DNA of 64,000 nt from Azolla caroliniana. Taxonomy: Eukaryota > Plantae > Polypodiophyta. The DNA is taken from the NCBI GenBank assembly GCA_043228905.1, contig JBHGNT010000014.1, positions 17,980,001 through 18,044,000 on the forward strand, written 5' to 3'. Below are positions 13,207-25,796 of the stretch, piece by piece. The translations under genes and the position numbers were made by a program. Position 1 is the stretch's first letter, and each line of letters begins with the position of its first letter. A model generated the notes under the pieces. It was not told the DNA's origin. It worked only from the letters and a program-made list of their open reading frames with translations, and searched no databases.

Positions 13207-13665
13207 ATGGAGGGAGGAATCGAGCTTCCACCAATGACCATTTTGCTCGATGAAGAAGGTGGATCAGATCTCGACATTATGTTGTCCCCTGAGGCCAACC
13301 GTTTCTTATCGGAGGAAATCGAACGTCTACGGCATACCTCATTCATATGTAGGTTTCTGGCAGGTAGACCAAGTCGGGGAATGGTTCGGGACATGTTCCA
13401 GGTGGCTGTGATGGAGAACATGCCGGTGATCAAGAGTGTCAAGGGTTTAGGGAAAAACTTCTTCCACATCGAATTAGGTAATGGCTTATTGGCGCAACCA
13501 CTGGTCGAGCTCAAGGTACTCGAACTGAAGTACGACAAGGTGTTGCTCTAGCCATGGTCACCAGGGTTCAATCCGATTGAAGAGTTACGGAAACTCAACA
13601 ACCCTAGGGTGATCATCGCAACATTTCCCGGCCTCCCTCCTCATTTGTGCCATCTCCTCCCGAAG
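13207..13665 (+). pseudogene. LINE ORF1 N-terminal part, DUF4283-like
   Basis: FICRFLAGRPS...VKGLGKNFFHIEL...LL*PWSPGFNP...ATFPGLPPHL resembles plant L1 ORF1; one stop. Confidence 0.65.
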
Positions 13666-14773
13666 GAGCATCGACGCGTTTCTCCCCTTTTCGGGGGTCT
13701 CCACCTATTCCATAAAGTCCCGCTTTGATAACCGAAGCACGTCATCAAGCCCGTATTTTTCAAGGAGCCGACCTTCAAATCCTTCCCAGGTCCAACTCTC
13801 AGCCCCTACCTCAAGCACCTCCGCGTGGATGCCCGGCGTCCCCACCCGAGGGAATTTGGCCAGTCGCCTATCCTCCGATATGTCCCTCATCACCATTTCG
13901 GCTCGGTAAGACTCCAAATAGCTCGTGGCGTCCTTCCCACCAAACCGGCCTATCGTGCCGATGACTGCTTCAATAGCCCTATCGAGGGCGCCTGTGCCTT
14001 CACACGCACTCACTATCCGATCCACAGCCAAAGCCATGGCTTCTACAAGATCCAACCCTCTCATCTTTCTATTCCTCTGTCGCCTGTTCACGTCGGGTTC
14101 ACCAAATATGTCACGTTGTTATGTGCGTGCGTGGAGAACGAGGCGGAACCAGGGGGGCCTTGGACCGAGAAATAACCGAATGAGAAGAGGGGAAGGAAAC
14201 TACCAACGTAATCCGCATGCGCACGGACACACAGATTCACAGGAGTTGCAACTAACTCCGAACAATGCAGACAGAATGAATGTATGTGTAATATAAATCA
14301 AGGAGTTACAACCGACAAGCCGGCGAGTGATAGGCTCCGACGCCTGCACACACACACACAGAACGCGAGATGGAGACTCTGTCGGAAGCACTCGGGCGTT
14401 CCGCGGAGCGAAGTTCGCCTCCCGAAAACCTGCACAGCACGACTATGGAAAAGACAGAGGAGAAGAGCTTGGTTCCAGTCTGGCAGCACTTCGTCCTCTA
14501 CAAAACGCGATACCCCTTTTTCATTACCTCTCCCTCTCTTTTATAGCCCAAGGAGGGAGGCCGTTACCACCCGTTACATCATGTTTATTCATTGTCCTTT
14601 CGAACAGGGATACGCCTCGATTTTCTCCCTAATGAATGCGTGCTACTTAGGATTTCACCTCAGCCGACTTGTACCTATCTACGTACTATACAACAAAACT
14701 TGTGCCCATGTGTAAGGACCGGTTTACGCACGTTATACCCGGTTTCCGCCTAGGGACGGTTTTCTCTACGACA
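13666..14773 (-). mobile_element. Truncated Trp-primed Gypsy: 5' LTR 14109-14773, PBS, gag N-terminus
   Basis: PBS TGGTGAACCCGACGTGA; MRGLDLVEAMALAVDRIVSA..FEGRLLEKYGLDD homologous to gag at 19351. Confidence 0.85.
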
Positions 14774-14829
14774 ATGGAAGAGTGATAATGAATGATCGCG
14801 CCGTCAATTGATGGCGTGTGGACCATGTA

Positions 14830-16011
14830 ACAGACAATAAAATTAGGATGACTTTATGGAATTGTAACAGTGCACTTTGTACACACACTGACCGTTTAGA
14901 GGAGATTTTGAAGGTATCTGATCTACTTTTCTTAGTAGAAACACATCAAAATCCAAATAGAGGACTGCCACGAGTTGAAGGTTTTCGTTGGGAGTCTGTC
15001 TTTTGAAAAACCTCAGGTCGACACACCACTAGAGGGTCTGGAGGGGTTGCAATACTATTTTGGAGAGAGATACATTATAGGATAGAAATATTAAAGATAG
15101 ACCCAGAAGCCCGTTTTATGTGGGTGAAAGTCCTCACACGCAAGGATTAGACAATATTTATCGCTATTTGTTACTTACCCCCGAAAGGATCCCGGTATAA
15201 TATGGCTTGAGAGGGGAGTATAGTTTCTCCATACAAACCTTTATCAGATGACATAATCCAATATTCTTCTCAAGGGGAAGTCTTCCTTGTAGGAGATTTT
15301 AATTCGAGAACCCAATCCCGACAATGTACAATATTTCAAATGGATAAAAACCTAGAAATGGTGAATGTCGACCCTTTAGCCATAGGCATCACATGTAGAT
15401 CAAAAGATCAAGGTGCCGATGCCACAAGCTTTGGCCATCATCTGCTTGAACTTGGAAGTCGACATTAGATGATCATATATAATGGTTTAGCCAAGTGGCC
15501 GGGCTCGGAAGAGCTCACATGTTTCCCACATGGAGGAGGGGAAAGCACAATTGACTACCTAATAGGAAGCTCTAAAGCTACCCATATGATTAACTCTTTC
15601 CAAGTGGCCCCATGCCCTATTGGTGCAAACCATAGCTTCCTATACTTTGAGCTAAAATGTGACACCTCCAACGCCACCAACTCTAGTAAACCAAACCATC
15701 ACACCACAATACATTTCACACATGAGCTCTCTAACATCTACTCCTGACATGTTCAACCCCATCTCTCCTCTCTTGATTCTTCCATGCCTTTAGAGAACCT
15801 CACTATAGAACTCACACACATCCTTCACTCAATAGCCATTAGTAGCTTCCCATACACGAAACACTCCAATCACACTAGAATAGGGTCTATGGCACAGAAT
15901 AGGTGGTGTGATGAGGATTGTAGAGACTTGTATAGACAACTTAAAGTGTCGCGACTTAGTGGTACTATTTCCTCAATACAGGCTCGCAAAGAGATACGCA
16001 AGATGACACGT
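14830..16011 (+). pseudogene. LINE ORF2 apurinic endonuclease region
   Basis: APE motifs interrupted by stops. Confidence 0.8.
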
Positions 16012-19000
16012 TGTCGCGTTGTTACGCGCATGCGTGGAGAAAGGCGGGACCACGGGGGTCTTCGACTAGGGAGGGACGGAGCGTAGGAAGTCGTGCTTCA
16101 CCGTTTCCGGGGGATCCCAGAAGAACACCAGAAGCGACCGAAGGGAGAGAGAGAAAGAGAGGGAGCGCGCGCTTAACACCGACTCACGCACACACACACA
16201 TGCCGACCCGACTCACGCCCTTATGTACATGAAACGCAGGAAAGGGGAAGCACCCGACACCAACAGAGACGCGAATATACACAGACAGACGCAAATGTAT
16301 ATATATAAAAGGGAGAATACATTCCCGGCTTCGAGCCAAACCAAGGTAGTTTACAATAGTCGTCAGCTGCCAAGCCGTCGGTCGGGGAGCTCACAGGCTC
16401 GTCGCGCCGAGCGGGGTCTTGCGCAGGAGAGGAGCTGAAGCAAACCCTAAGCGAACACGAAAGGGAAGAAGAAGAAGAAGAAGAAGAAGAAGAAAAATGT
16501 AACTAACCCTAAATCTAACGGTATACCCTCTAACGCAAAAAAATGGGCAACCCCTTCACAAAGGGCGCTCCCTTCCTTTTATAGAACAAGGAGAGGGATG
16601 TGTTACAATGTGGGATAAATCCCGACTTGACTACTCTTCGGCGCCATAAAGGCGCCCTCGTTATTCACACTAAATGTACATGGGTGCGTACACACGCTGC
16701 ACCCCGCTGATGTAGCCAATGTTTCCTGGTTTCCGCCTCTGGCCAAAATTCTTCACGACATCCGCCCCCACCTAACTGCACGTCCACCAGTACGTGCCAA
16801 ATCTGGTTGAAGGGTGAGAGATTTCGGCCGGTGAGAAACCGGTCTTCCGTAATCCGCATCTCGGCTCGCTGCCGGGTTGATATGTCGGCTTCAGTTCTTC
16901 CTTCGCACTTACCTCCCCGTAGGCTCGTTTGTCCCGTCAACAGGTCCTCTGCTGCGATCTCCGTAGTACGCGTACCTCCGTTGGCCCTTGTTCGGCCGTA
17001 TGAACGCCCCGCTTCCCGCCGTATGCCCGATGTCCTCCGCTTGAGGCATGCCCGTAGTGGCCCGCTTGGCCTCCGTTGACCATTCGTGATGTTCTGATTG
17101 TCGTCCCATGTTGTTTCGCGTTGCCATCGTTCTCTCGCCGCCACCTTCCTTCTCCATGGTCTTACATCGTCGCGTCGGCTCGAACCGCCATGGTCTCCGG
17201 AACAGTGTGGAGGATCCTTTTCGGCCTTCTACGCGCTACCTCCGAACCGGCAACCCATCTCCGTGCTCGCCTTTCCGCTCTGGCACCTCCGTGTTTGGCA
17301 CTAGCTGTGCCGCACTCCGGTTCATTGCACTCCTTGTCGGCCCCTTTCCCGGCCAGATCGTGCATCGCCGTTCACCCGCATACCAGTGTCCTCCGCATCC
17401 GAGGAACACCCCGTAGTAGCCTGCTTGGCCCTTCCCGTCTTCGTGTTGATGCAACAGGTCCCGAGTCTTCCGCTTGCCGTCGTCCCCTCGCCCCACCAGC
17501 TTGTCACCCCGGCTTGCCGTGTCAGTCTTCGCTACTTCGACGGAGCTACCGAGATCTACGAAGCGAGTGTGGAGGATCCTCCTCCGGCCTCTCTTGCCAT
17601 CCCCTGACTCCGACCCTGTGCAGTCCACTAGGCACTTGTCACCTCATTCCCGGCACCTCCCTTGTGCCGTCTTCCGCTTCCTTTGTTCGGCACCGCCCGT
17701 GCCGAACACTGTCCCGTAGTCACGCTTCGATTCGGCCCGCGATGGCCACTTGTGAGACTCTTGTTCCGTCCCAAGTGTGCCTTCCCGGCCTGACACACCT
17801 CCCTGTGTTTGCCCCTACCGGCTCCTTCCAAAACCGTAACCGGCCGGTGAGGGTTTCACACTTCGTCCGCCCGTCTTACCGGCTCCCTATCCGCTACCTC
17901 GTGTTGTCGGGTCCCGTTCCCTGCCGCCACTGTCCTTCTCCTTCGGTCTCACGTTGCCACGTTGGCCGAACTGCCAGAGTCTCCGGATCGGTGTGAGGGT
18001 CCCATAGGGCCTGTCTTTGTTTCGTCGCTTGCCGAGATCCGGGTGTCTTTTGTCGGAGTCCTTCACGACTCTCCTCGTGTCTTCCGCGTAGCCAGTTTCC
18101 GCCTTCGTGTTGCCGGGTCCCGTTTCCCGCCGCCACCAACCTTCTCTCTCGGTCTCACGTTGCCACGTTGGCCGAACTGCCGGAGTCTCTGGTTCGGTGT
18201 GGGGATCCCATAGGACCGGACTTCCTTATGCCCACTGACCTTGCCGGAAGGTCCGATTTGGTTCGTAGCCGCCTCGTCGGCCTCATACCTCCTTGCCGTT
18301 CGTCGCCTCCTGTCGTCCAATCACGTTCTCCTGCCGCCACCGATCTCACCTGTAGGACTCACGTCGGCACTCGGGCTGACCGCCGGATCGGTGTGAGTGT
18401 CTTCGTGGGACCTCCAATCCATAGCCCTTTTTCTTCGTCACCTCGCTGCCACCATCAGTATCTTGGTCTTACGTCGACCGCGTTGCCGACTGCCGAAGTC
18501 TCTAGAACCGGTGTGAAGGATCCTCCTTGGGCGTCCGATTTGTCTTCCTGACCTTGTCCCGGGTCGTCCTTTTCCGCATGTCGAGAGGGCGTTTTGTTCC
18601 GCACCCTCTCCCGTGGTACCGACGTACCGTCTCCTCGGCCTCTCCGTAGGCCTGCTCTCTTCCTCCCTCCCAGAATGGTCATCTGGGAGTCCGCTGTCGT
18701 GAAGAAAACCGTCCACAAGCGGAATCGGTGCACAGGAGCGTAGGAACCGGCTCTTCCCGAATGTTGTCCATAGAAGATCCTAGGCAGGTAGATTTAGTGG
18801 GTAGGAAGTAAAGGGGAAACGGCTCCTTCCTTGCCTATTAAAGGAGGGAGACACGAAGGGGGATGGGATCGCGGAGAGTCGAGGACGAAGTGCTATCGGT
18901 TTGTGTGCGAAGGCTTCTCTCTCTCTCTCTGGTTCGCAAGCTCCATAGCTTCCTTCTGTGCAGGTTTCGGGAGGCTCGCGCTGCTCTGAGGAATGCCCGA

Positions 19001-19350
19001 GTGCTTCCGGCAGCACCTCCAACCTACTCCTTCCTTTCTGTGTGTTTACGAACAGGTATCGGCTTCTGTTCGCCGGCCTGTTCGGTTGTAACCGACTTCG
19101 CGTTTTGTCGTTTGTCTTTGTTAATACATACATACATTCGTGTCTCTCTGTGTCGTTGTCCCACTCACGTCTTTGTGTCGAAGGGCCGTGTCCCTGTGAA
19201 TCTACTCTCGCACGTAGTGGGTCTCTTCTCCTTTCTCTCTTGCTCTTCGGTACAGGACCCCCGAGGTCCCGCCTCATTCCACGCATCCGCGAGGAATACC
19301 TCAACATCTTTGGTGAACCCGACGTGAAGGAGGCGGCAGAAGAGCAGAAG

Positions 19351-21291
19351 ATGAAAGGGTCGGATCTTGCGGAGGCCATGGCTTCGGCCGTGGATCGGAT
19401 ATTGAGTGCACGCGAGGGCACCGGCGCCCTCAACAGAGCCATTGAGGCGTTCGAAGGCCGACTCCTGGAAAAATACGGGCTGGACAACGCGCTCCGGCTT
19501 TCGAAACGAGACTTCATGGAATGGGTGGAGTCCCCCGGCAAGGGAAGAAACGCGTCGGCACTCCTCCGGGAGTTCGAAGAACGCTTTGCGCGCCTTTCGG
19601 CGCTTGACCGAACCGTTCTGGATACGAGCCGGGTCCTACTGTTCGTCAAGTCGGTGGACGAACAGGACAGGGATCAAATCGGCTCCTTGCTGGAAATCGA
19701 AGACGAGCTGACAACCGACTGGGCTGCGGTTAAGAGAGTCTGTGGCCGTTTCGACAAACGGCGAGAATGGGCTGACAACGGGGCGGCCGGTGCGGGCTCT
19801 GTCACAGCAAGGAGGCTTGAACCAGCACCGCAAGTGCGAAGGGAAGAAACCCGGGAATGGCTCGAAACCGGTCCGGCTTCGACCGGCATGGTCAATGGCT
19901 CGTCCGGAGGAGCAGCGCTGGAGGAGTTGACGCGGGCGATAAAGGATCTCCAGATCGCCCAGACTCGAAGGGAAGGCGGCGAACCGGCTCGTGACCGACG
20001 GCCGGCAGCGGGGAACAGGTGCATGTGGTGCGACGAGGTCGGCCACATTCGGAAGGACTGCGGCGATTTCGCAGAGGCGTTGAGAAACCGGGTGGTGTAC
20101 CTGTGGGAAGGCCGGGTGCACGCTTGCGACACCAGGAGGGCCCTGAACCGAAACGACGGGCGAGGAGGTATGAAGAGACTGATGGAAGAGGCAGCGGCCC
20201 GACACGTGGAGGCCATCCACTACTCGGCGTCGGCCGGTATTCGGGTCGGGGGCAACGAGGCCCGAAAGGAGAGCAAAGACGGCTTCTGGTCGGCAATGCT
20301 GGGAGGCCTCGCCGGCGCACGGCTGAGGAAAGATGAAACGGACCGCGCTGAGAGACGGGTCCGGGAAATAACCGGGTGGAGCGATCCGGTCGAGGAGAAG
20401 ACGGGCTTCGTAGAAGCCGCCTGCCGGAACTACGAGGCTCTGGTAGAAGAAAAACGAGTGGGGAAAGCCGGAGCGGCCGGGCCCTCACAACGGTACGAGA
20501 CCCGATTCGGGCAATGACGGAACGATGCCGGTGGGTCCGGCTCGCGAGATAACCCCAGGAAGGGCGAGTACCGACTGGGGACGGAAATAGAAAGGACTGC
20601 GGACCTACGAAAGGTCCTAGAAGAATGGATCCTCGACAGCAAAGTGGAGCTGTCATTGCGGGAGGTGCTAGGGATCGCCAAGAAGGAGTTCCACGACTCC
20701 ATTGTAGACTTGGTGAAACGGAAGAGACTGTCGACGGAGACAGAACCGGAAAGACCGGTGGAGGTGCGGACAACGCACATCGACGACTCGGCGCTGGAAG
20801 ATGAGTGGGCGGAGAGCCACTATTCGAGGCCACACTGGGCCCGAGTGACCACGGAGACCCCGGTAAAGATCGGAGATGTTCAGGAACCGGTGGTGGCGTT
20901 GGTGGACCACGGTTCGAAAATAAACCTAATGTCCATGGACTTCTATAAGAAGGGAAAGTGGCCGATCAACACCAGGCACGGGTGGAAGATACGGGCGGCG
21001 ACGCGCGCCACCGAGGAACTGCACGGGGCCTGCCCGAATGTGCGAGTAAAGATCGGCGACGTCGAGATTGACCAGCACTTCTTCGTACAGGAGACGTCCT
21101 CGCATCCGGTCATATTAGGGGAACCATACATCACGGCAGCGAGAATGGAGACCAAGGTGCTGGACAACGGTTCGGCCTACGCGAGGGTCAAAAGCCAGGA
21201 CGGGCGCCATTCGGTGCAATTTCTGACGGTGCGGCCGAACCACGAGAGAAACCGCGAATCCCTCGGTGGCGAGAGCCGGGAGGATTTTTAG
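19351..21291 (+). pseudogene. gag-pro: Gag-protease ORF (capsid, CCHC knuckle, DUF4100-like segment, aspartic protease) with one premature TGA at 20515-20517
   Basis: ORFs 18958-20517 and 20644-21291 share a frame; sister copies read through this position; CMWCDEVGHIRKDC; LVDHGSKINLM. Confidence 0.85.
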
Positions 21292-21348
21292 AGAGGGCTG
21301 CCAAGGCGTGGGGCCGAGACAGCCCGGACACTCGGAAAAGACCCCACG
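21282..21348 (+). promoter_or_regulatory. Putative -1 ribosomal frameshift signal: G GAT TTT, 6-nt spacer, H-type pseudoknot
   Basis: Heptamer abuts the TAG of gag-pro; -1 frame is open into pol; stems GGGCTG/CAGCCC and CGTGGGG/CCCCACG; conserved at 5761-5826. Confidence 0.75.
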
Positions 21349-24300
21349 ATTGTACGATAGGTAGGAAATTTTGCTTCTCCAACAACGGAGGGTGTATGAT
21401 AGTCAGCATCGTCGGCCGAGAAAAGACAAGGGCGAAAGTGCGACTTCGAGCGTGCGGAGTTCTCGGCCTGGAAGAGGAAATCAGCAGAGCCGTGGAGGCG
21501 GTCTCCTTCGACGACACCTTGGGAATGCTGAGGAAGGTAGCCGGAGAAGACCTTAACGAAGACCAGACGATACCGGTATGTTCCGAAGAGATGTACGAAG
21601 TCATCGCGAACTTCAGTCAGGGGCTCGGGTCGGATCGGACGGCCCGAGTTAGCACGAAGTACAAGACTGTGGACCGGAAGGTAAGGCCAGTCGCGGCACC
21701 CTTGCCGGAGGGCAGCGAGTCCCGAATCAGAGGGGTGGCGTCGGACCCTAGTTTACGAGATCCGGCCTGCATAAGACACACCTTCACCGACGGGACGCTC
21801 CGGGAGCTCAAGATCGGTGGGGGCGGGTTCCTACTGCCGGTAGAGGAAGACCGGTTTCGGAGAATGCTCGGAAGGCACGGGAAAGCCTTCGCATTCTCGC
21901 CGGAAGAGATCGGGTGCGTAGACCCGGCAATCGTGGAGCTGATGGTGATATTCACGGTACCGCATGTGCCGTGGAATCTCAAGCCGATTCCGGTACCAAG
22001 AGCTCACATCCCGGAGTTGATGGAGCTACTGAGGCAGAAAGTCGATATGGGTATTCTAGAACCGATGGTTTACCGTACCAAAGAAAAATGGAACATTGCG
22101 CTTCATTCAGGACCTGCAGCCGGTCAACAGAGTGACCATTCGGAACGCAGGAATCGGACCGACCATAGACGAGTTCGCGGAGGCCTTCGCCGGAAGGTCG
22201 ATTTACTCGGTCGGTGATCTGTACTCGAGGTACGACCAGTTCCAGCTAGCCGTGGAGAGCAGAGACATTACGACGATGCGAACTCCCCTCGGCCTAGTGC
22301 GAATGTGTACCTTGCCGCAAGGAGGGACCAACTCGGTGGCCCACATGGTGAATGCAATGAACAAGGTACTGAGGGATTGCATCCCGGACATCACCATGCC
22401 GTTTCTAGACGACATCCCTATCAAAGGGTGCCCGGTGGAAGAGGAGGACGCGACACTCGGACCGGATGGATGTCGGCGATTCGTGGCAGCACACATCGAC
22501 GACTGCGAGAAGGTGCTACAAAGGCTACAGGATGCGAGGCTCACCTTCTCCGGGGAGAAATCGGCCTTCGGGCAATCAGAAATCCTGGTGGTCAAACACC
22601 TATGTGGACCATATGGCCGGAAGCCGTCTCCGGCAAAGGTAGAAGCCATCTCCGCGATGAAGACCGACTGTAGCTTGGTTACGGAAGTTCGGAGGTTCCT
22701 GGGCTCATGCACATTCTACCACATATGGATCCCGCACTACGCCCACGTTGCGGAGCCGCTATACAGGTTGCTGAAGAAGGGGCGGAAATTCGAGTGGCAA
22801 GACGAGCACACAGAGTCGGTTCGGAAGCTGAAGAAAGCTCTTGCGGCAGCACCGGCGCTCCGGAAGGCTGTCTACGAGAGGGGTGCCCCGGTATACATAA
22901 CGGTGGACACGAGTCCGACCGGGATCGGATGGGTCATCAACCAAGAAGACAAGGACGGCATTCGGTTCCCGATCCGATTCGGCGCGAAGGTCCTCAGTGA
23001 GCGACAGCGAGGGTACGCCCAGGTTAAACGCGAACTCTGGGGGTATCGTTTCGGCAGGAAAGGCCGACAAAGACTACCTGATCGGGACGGAAGTGATTAT
23101 CGAGACGGATTGCCTGCCAATTCTCGGCATGGTTTCCGGATGCGCGACACCGGACCTAGCAATGCTCAGGTGGATAGCGTACATCAAGTCCCTGGATCCG
23201 GAAATACGACACATTTCCAGAAAGGACAACGCCATGGCCGACATGCTTTCGAGGGCGAGGTTTGATGACGAGGGCGGCATGGTTTCAGAGGACGAAGAAG
23301 TCAGCGTGGACTTCTTCGAGGCGGCGTACGTGACGACTGATGGGACGAGCACTCTGGCACTTAACGACTTCGACGAGAGCAAGTACGACGGCGAGTGGCT
23401 CCAGATTGGTGGATTTTTGAGGACAATGACGCCGGATGCGTCATGGACGAAGGACGAGGCCAACCGGATCCGGAAGAAAGCTTACCGATTCTTTCTCCGG
23501 GACGGATACTTATGGAAGCACCCGAAGAAGAGGAACGGCATCCCGCTCCGGGTGGTGGCGATGAAGGAAGAACATGAGGAGCTGCTGACGGCCTACCACG
23601 ACAGCCCTTGGGCCAGACACCGTGGAACCTGGGCCACGTTCGAGAAGATAAAGAGGAAGTATTGGTGGTCGGGACTGTACCGGGACATGCATTGGTTCGT
23701 GACAACTTGCGAGAGCTGTCAGATGCACTCCATACTCCGACACCGGGACGAACTTCACCATACGTACCCTCCGACCATCCACTTCAAATGGATGGTAGAC
23801 CTGGTAACGATGCCGATGGGAGTAGGACAGATGCGGCATCTGGTCCTGGCTCGGGAAGATTTGACGAACCAGGTGGAAGGCCGGGCCCTTCAGAACAAAA
23901 CGTCTGCAGCCGTATGTCGGTTCCTGCTCGAGGACGTAATATGCTGGTACAGGTGCATCAGGAAGATCGTGGCTGATCGCGGGGAGTTGGACGCCGAAGA
24001 GGCCGAGGAGCTGTTCGACCGGTTAGGGGTCAAGCTCTCGCTTACCACTGCGTACAATCCGGAGGCAAATGGAAAGGTGGAGCGCGGACACGGACCGATC
24101 GTCAAGGCGTTAGTTTGGGCATGCGGAGGGCAAGTCGGGAACTGGCCACGACTGCTGCCTTACGTGTTGTGGGTTGACCGAACTACGCACAGTTCGGTAA
24201 CCGGATTCATGCTGGCAGAGCTCATGTTTGGGCAGAAGCCGGTCATGCCGATGGAACGTACGATCTCCTCATGGGCAACCGTGGACTGGAGAGACGAGAT

Positions 24301-24733
24301 GAGCCGGGAGGAACTGTTGGCGGCGCACATACGACACCTCGAGCGAAGACCGGAGGACGTGGAGCAGGCTGTGGAAAGGCTTCGGGAAGCAAGGATGAGG
24401 AACAAAGCCCGGTTCGACCGAACGCACCGGCTCCGACCGAAGAAGATCGAGGAAGGCGACTGGGTGCTAGTCTACGACAGCAGCCTTGACAACCAGCACC
24501 GAGCGACACGGAAGTTCGCAAGAAGGTGGTTCGGGCCTTACGTGGTACAAAGCGCCAACGACAACGGGACGTACCATCTGGCGGAACTCGACGGTACGAG
24601 AATGGCGATACCGGTAGCGGGGAAGCGGATCAAAGCATTCAAGAAGCGTCACGACGACGAGCCGGATCCGGTTGACCTGGACCGCGACGACAAACTATCC
24701 AAAACCGAGGAAGAACCGACGAGCGGGGAATGA
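21282..24733 (+). pseudogene. pol: Pol (RT, RNase H, integrase) entered in the -1 frame; two later frameshift lesions near 22065 and 23040
   Basis: YKTVDRKVRPV, DLQPVN, PFLDDIPIKG, VDTSPTGIG, NAMADMLSR, YHD..H...CESC, VDL..DRGE..ERGH, RWFGPY. Confidence 0.88.
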
Positions 24734-25796
24734 AGGCTGGACCGGTTTTCCCCGTCCCAACTCAATTTGGCGCATGCCGGTGGATGCGCGGTTAGGTGGG
24801 GGCGGATGTCGTGAAGAAAACCGTCCACAAGCGGAATCGGTGCACAGGAGCGTAGGAACCGGCTCTTCCCGAATGTTGTCCATAGAAGATCCTAGGCAGG
24901 TAGATTTAGTGGGTAGGAAGTAAAGGGGAAACGGCTCCTTCCTTGCCTATTAAAGGAGGGAGACGCGAAGGGGGATGGGATCGCGGAGAGTCGAGGACGA
25001 AGAGCTGTCGGTTTGTGTGCGAAGGCTTCTCTCTCTCTCTCTGGTTCGTAAGGTCCATAGCTTCCTTCTGTGCAGGTTTCGGGAGGCTCGCGCTGCTCTG
25101 AGGAATGCCTGAGTGCTCTAAACCTATTCCTTCCTTTCTGTGTGTTTACGAACAGGTATCGGCTTCTGTTCGCCGACCTGTTCGGTTGTAACCGACTTCG
25201 CATTTTGTCGTTTGTCTTTGTTAATACATACATAAATTCGTGTCTCTCTGTGTCGCTGTCCCACTCGCGTCTTTGTGTCGAAGGGCCGTGTCCCTGTGAA
25301 TCTACTCTCGCACGTAGTGGGTCTCTTCTCCTTTCTCTCTTGCTCTTCGGTACAGGACCCCCGAGGTCCCGCCTCATTCCACGCATCCACGAGGAATACC
25401 TCGACACCACTCCCTCCGGTTCTCGTCCGGGTCCGTCCGTCCTTCTCCGTATTGCCGGGTCCCGTTCTCCTGACGCCACCAGCCTTCTCCCTAGGTCTCA
25501 CGTTGCCACGTTGGCCGAACTACCGGGGCCTCCGGACTGGTGTGGGGATCCTGTAGGACTGGACTTCGTTCTCCTCTTCATCCCTTGTACTTCTCCCGAA
25601 CTCGTCGCTTCTCTCCTTCTCGCGTACTTGCCTCCATCCTCCATCTCTTTCGGTCTCACGTTGCCACGTCGGCCGAACAGCCGAAGTCTCCGGATAAGAT
25701 GTGCCGTAACCGATTTTGCAACATCTTTCCGCAACTCGTCCGGGCCACCGCCCCTTTTAATGGTGTCGGTGGATAGCATCCGCTCTGTGATCAATC

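Larger units (their letters stand above)
18695..25406 (+). mobile_element. Near-complete fungal-type (Ylt1-like) Ty3/Gypsy: LTRs 18695-19306 and 24807-25406, tRNA-Trp PBS 19311-19327, PPT 24790-24806, 4-bp TSD CCGC/CCAC
   Basis: Matching LTRs TGTCG...ACA; domain order gag-PR-RT-RH-INT; no chromodomain visible. Confidence 0.92.

Noticed and set aside
16665-18733. Many overlapping GC-rich ORFs as genes
   Set aside because: Stop-poor repetitive interior of the non-autonomous element with no recognisable domains
18958-19350. N-terminal 131 aa of the 519-aa ORF
   Set aside because: Lies in the LTR and PBS; gag probably starts at ATG 19351
20515-20517. Programmed stop readthrough between gag and protease
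   Set aside because: Sister copies (near 1130 and 5000) have sense codons here; most likely a CGA>TGA mutation
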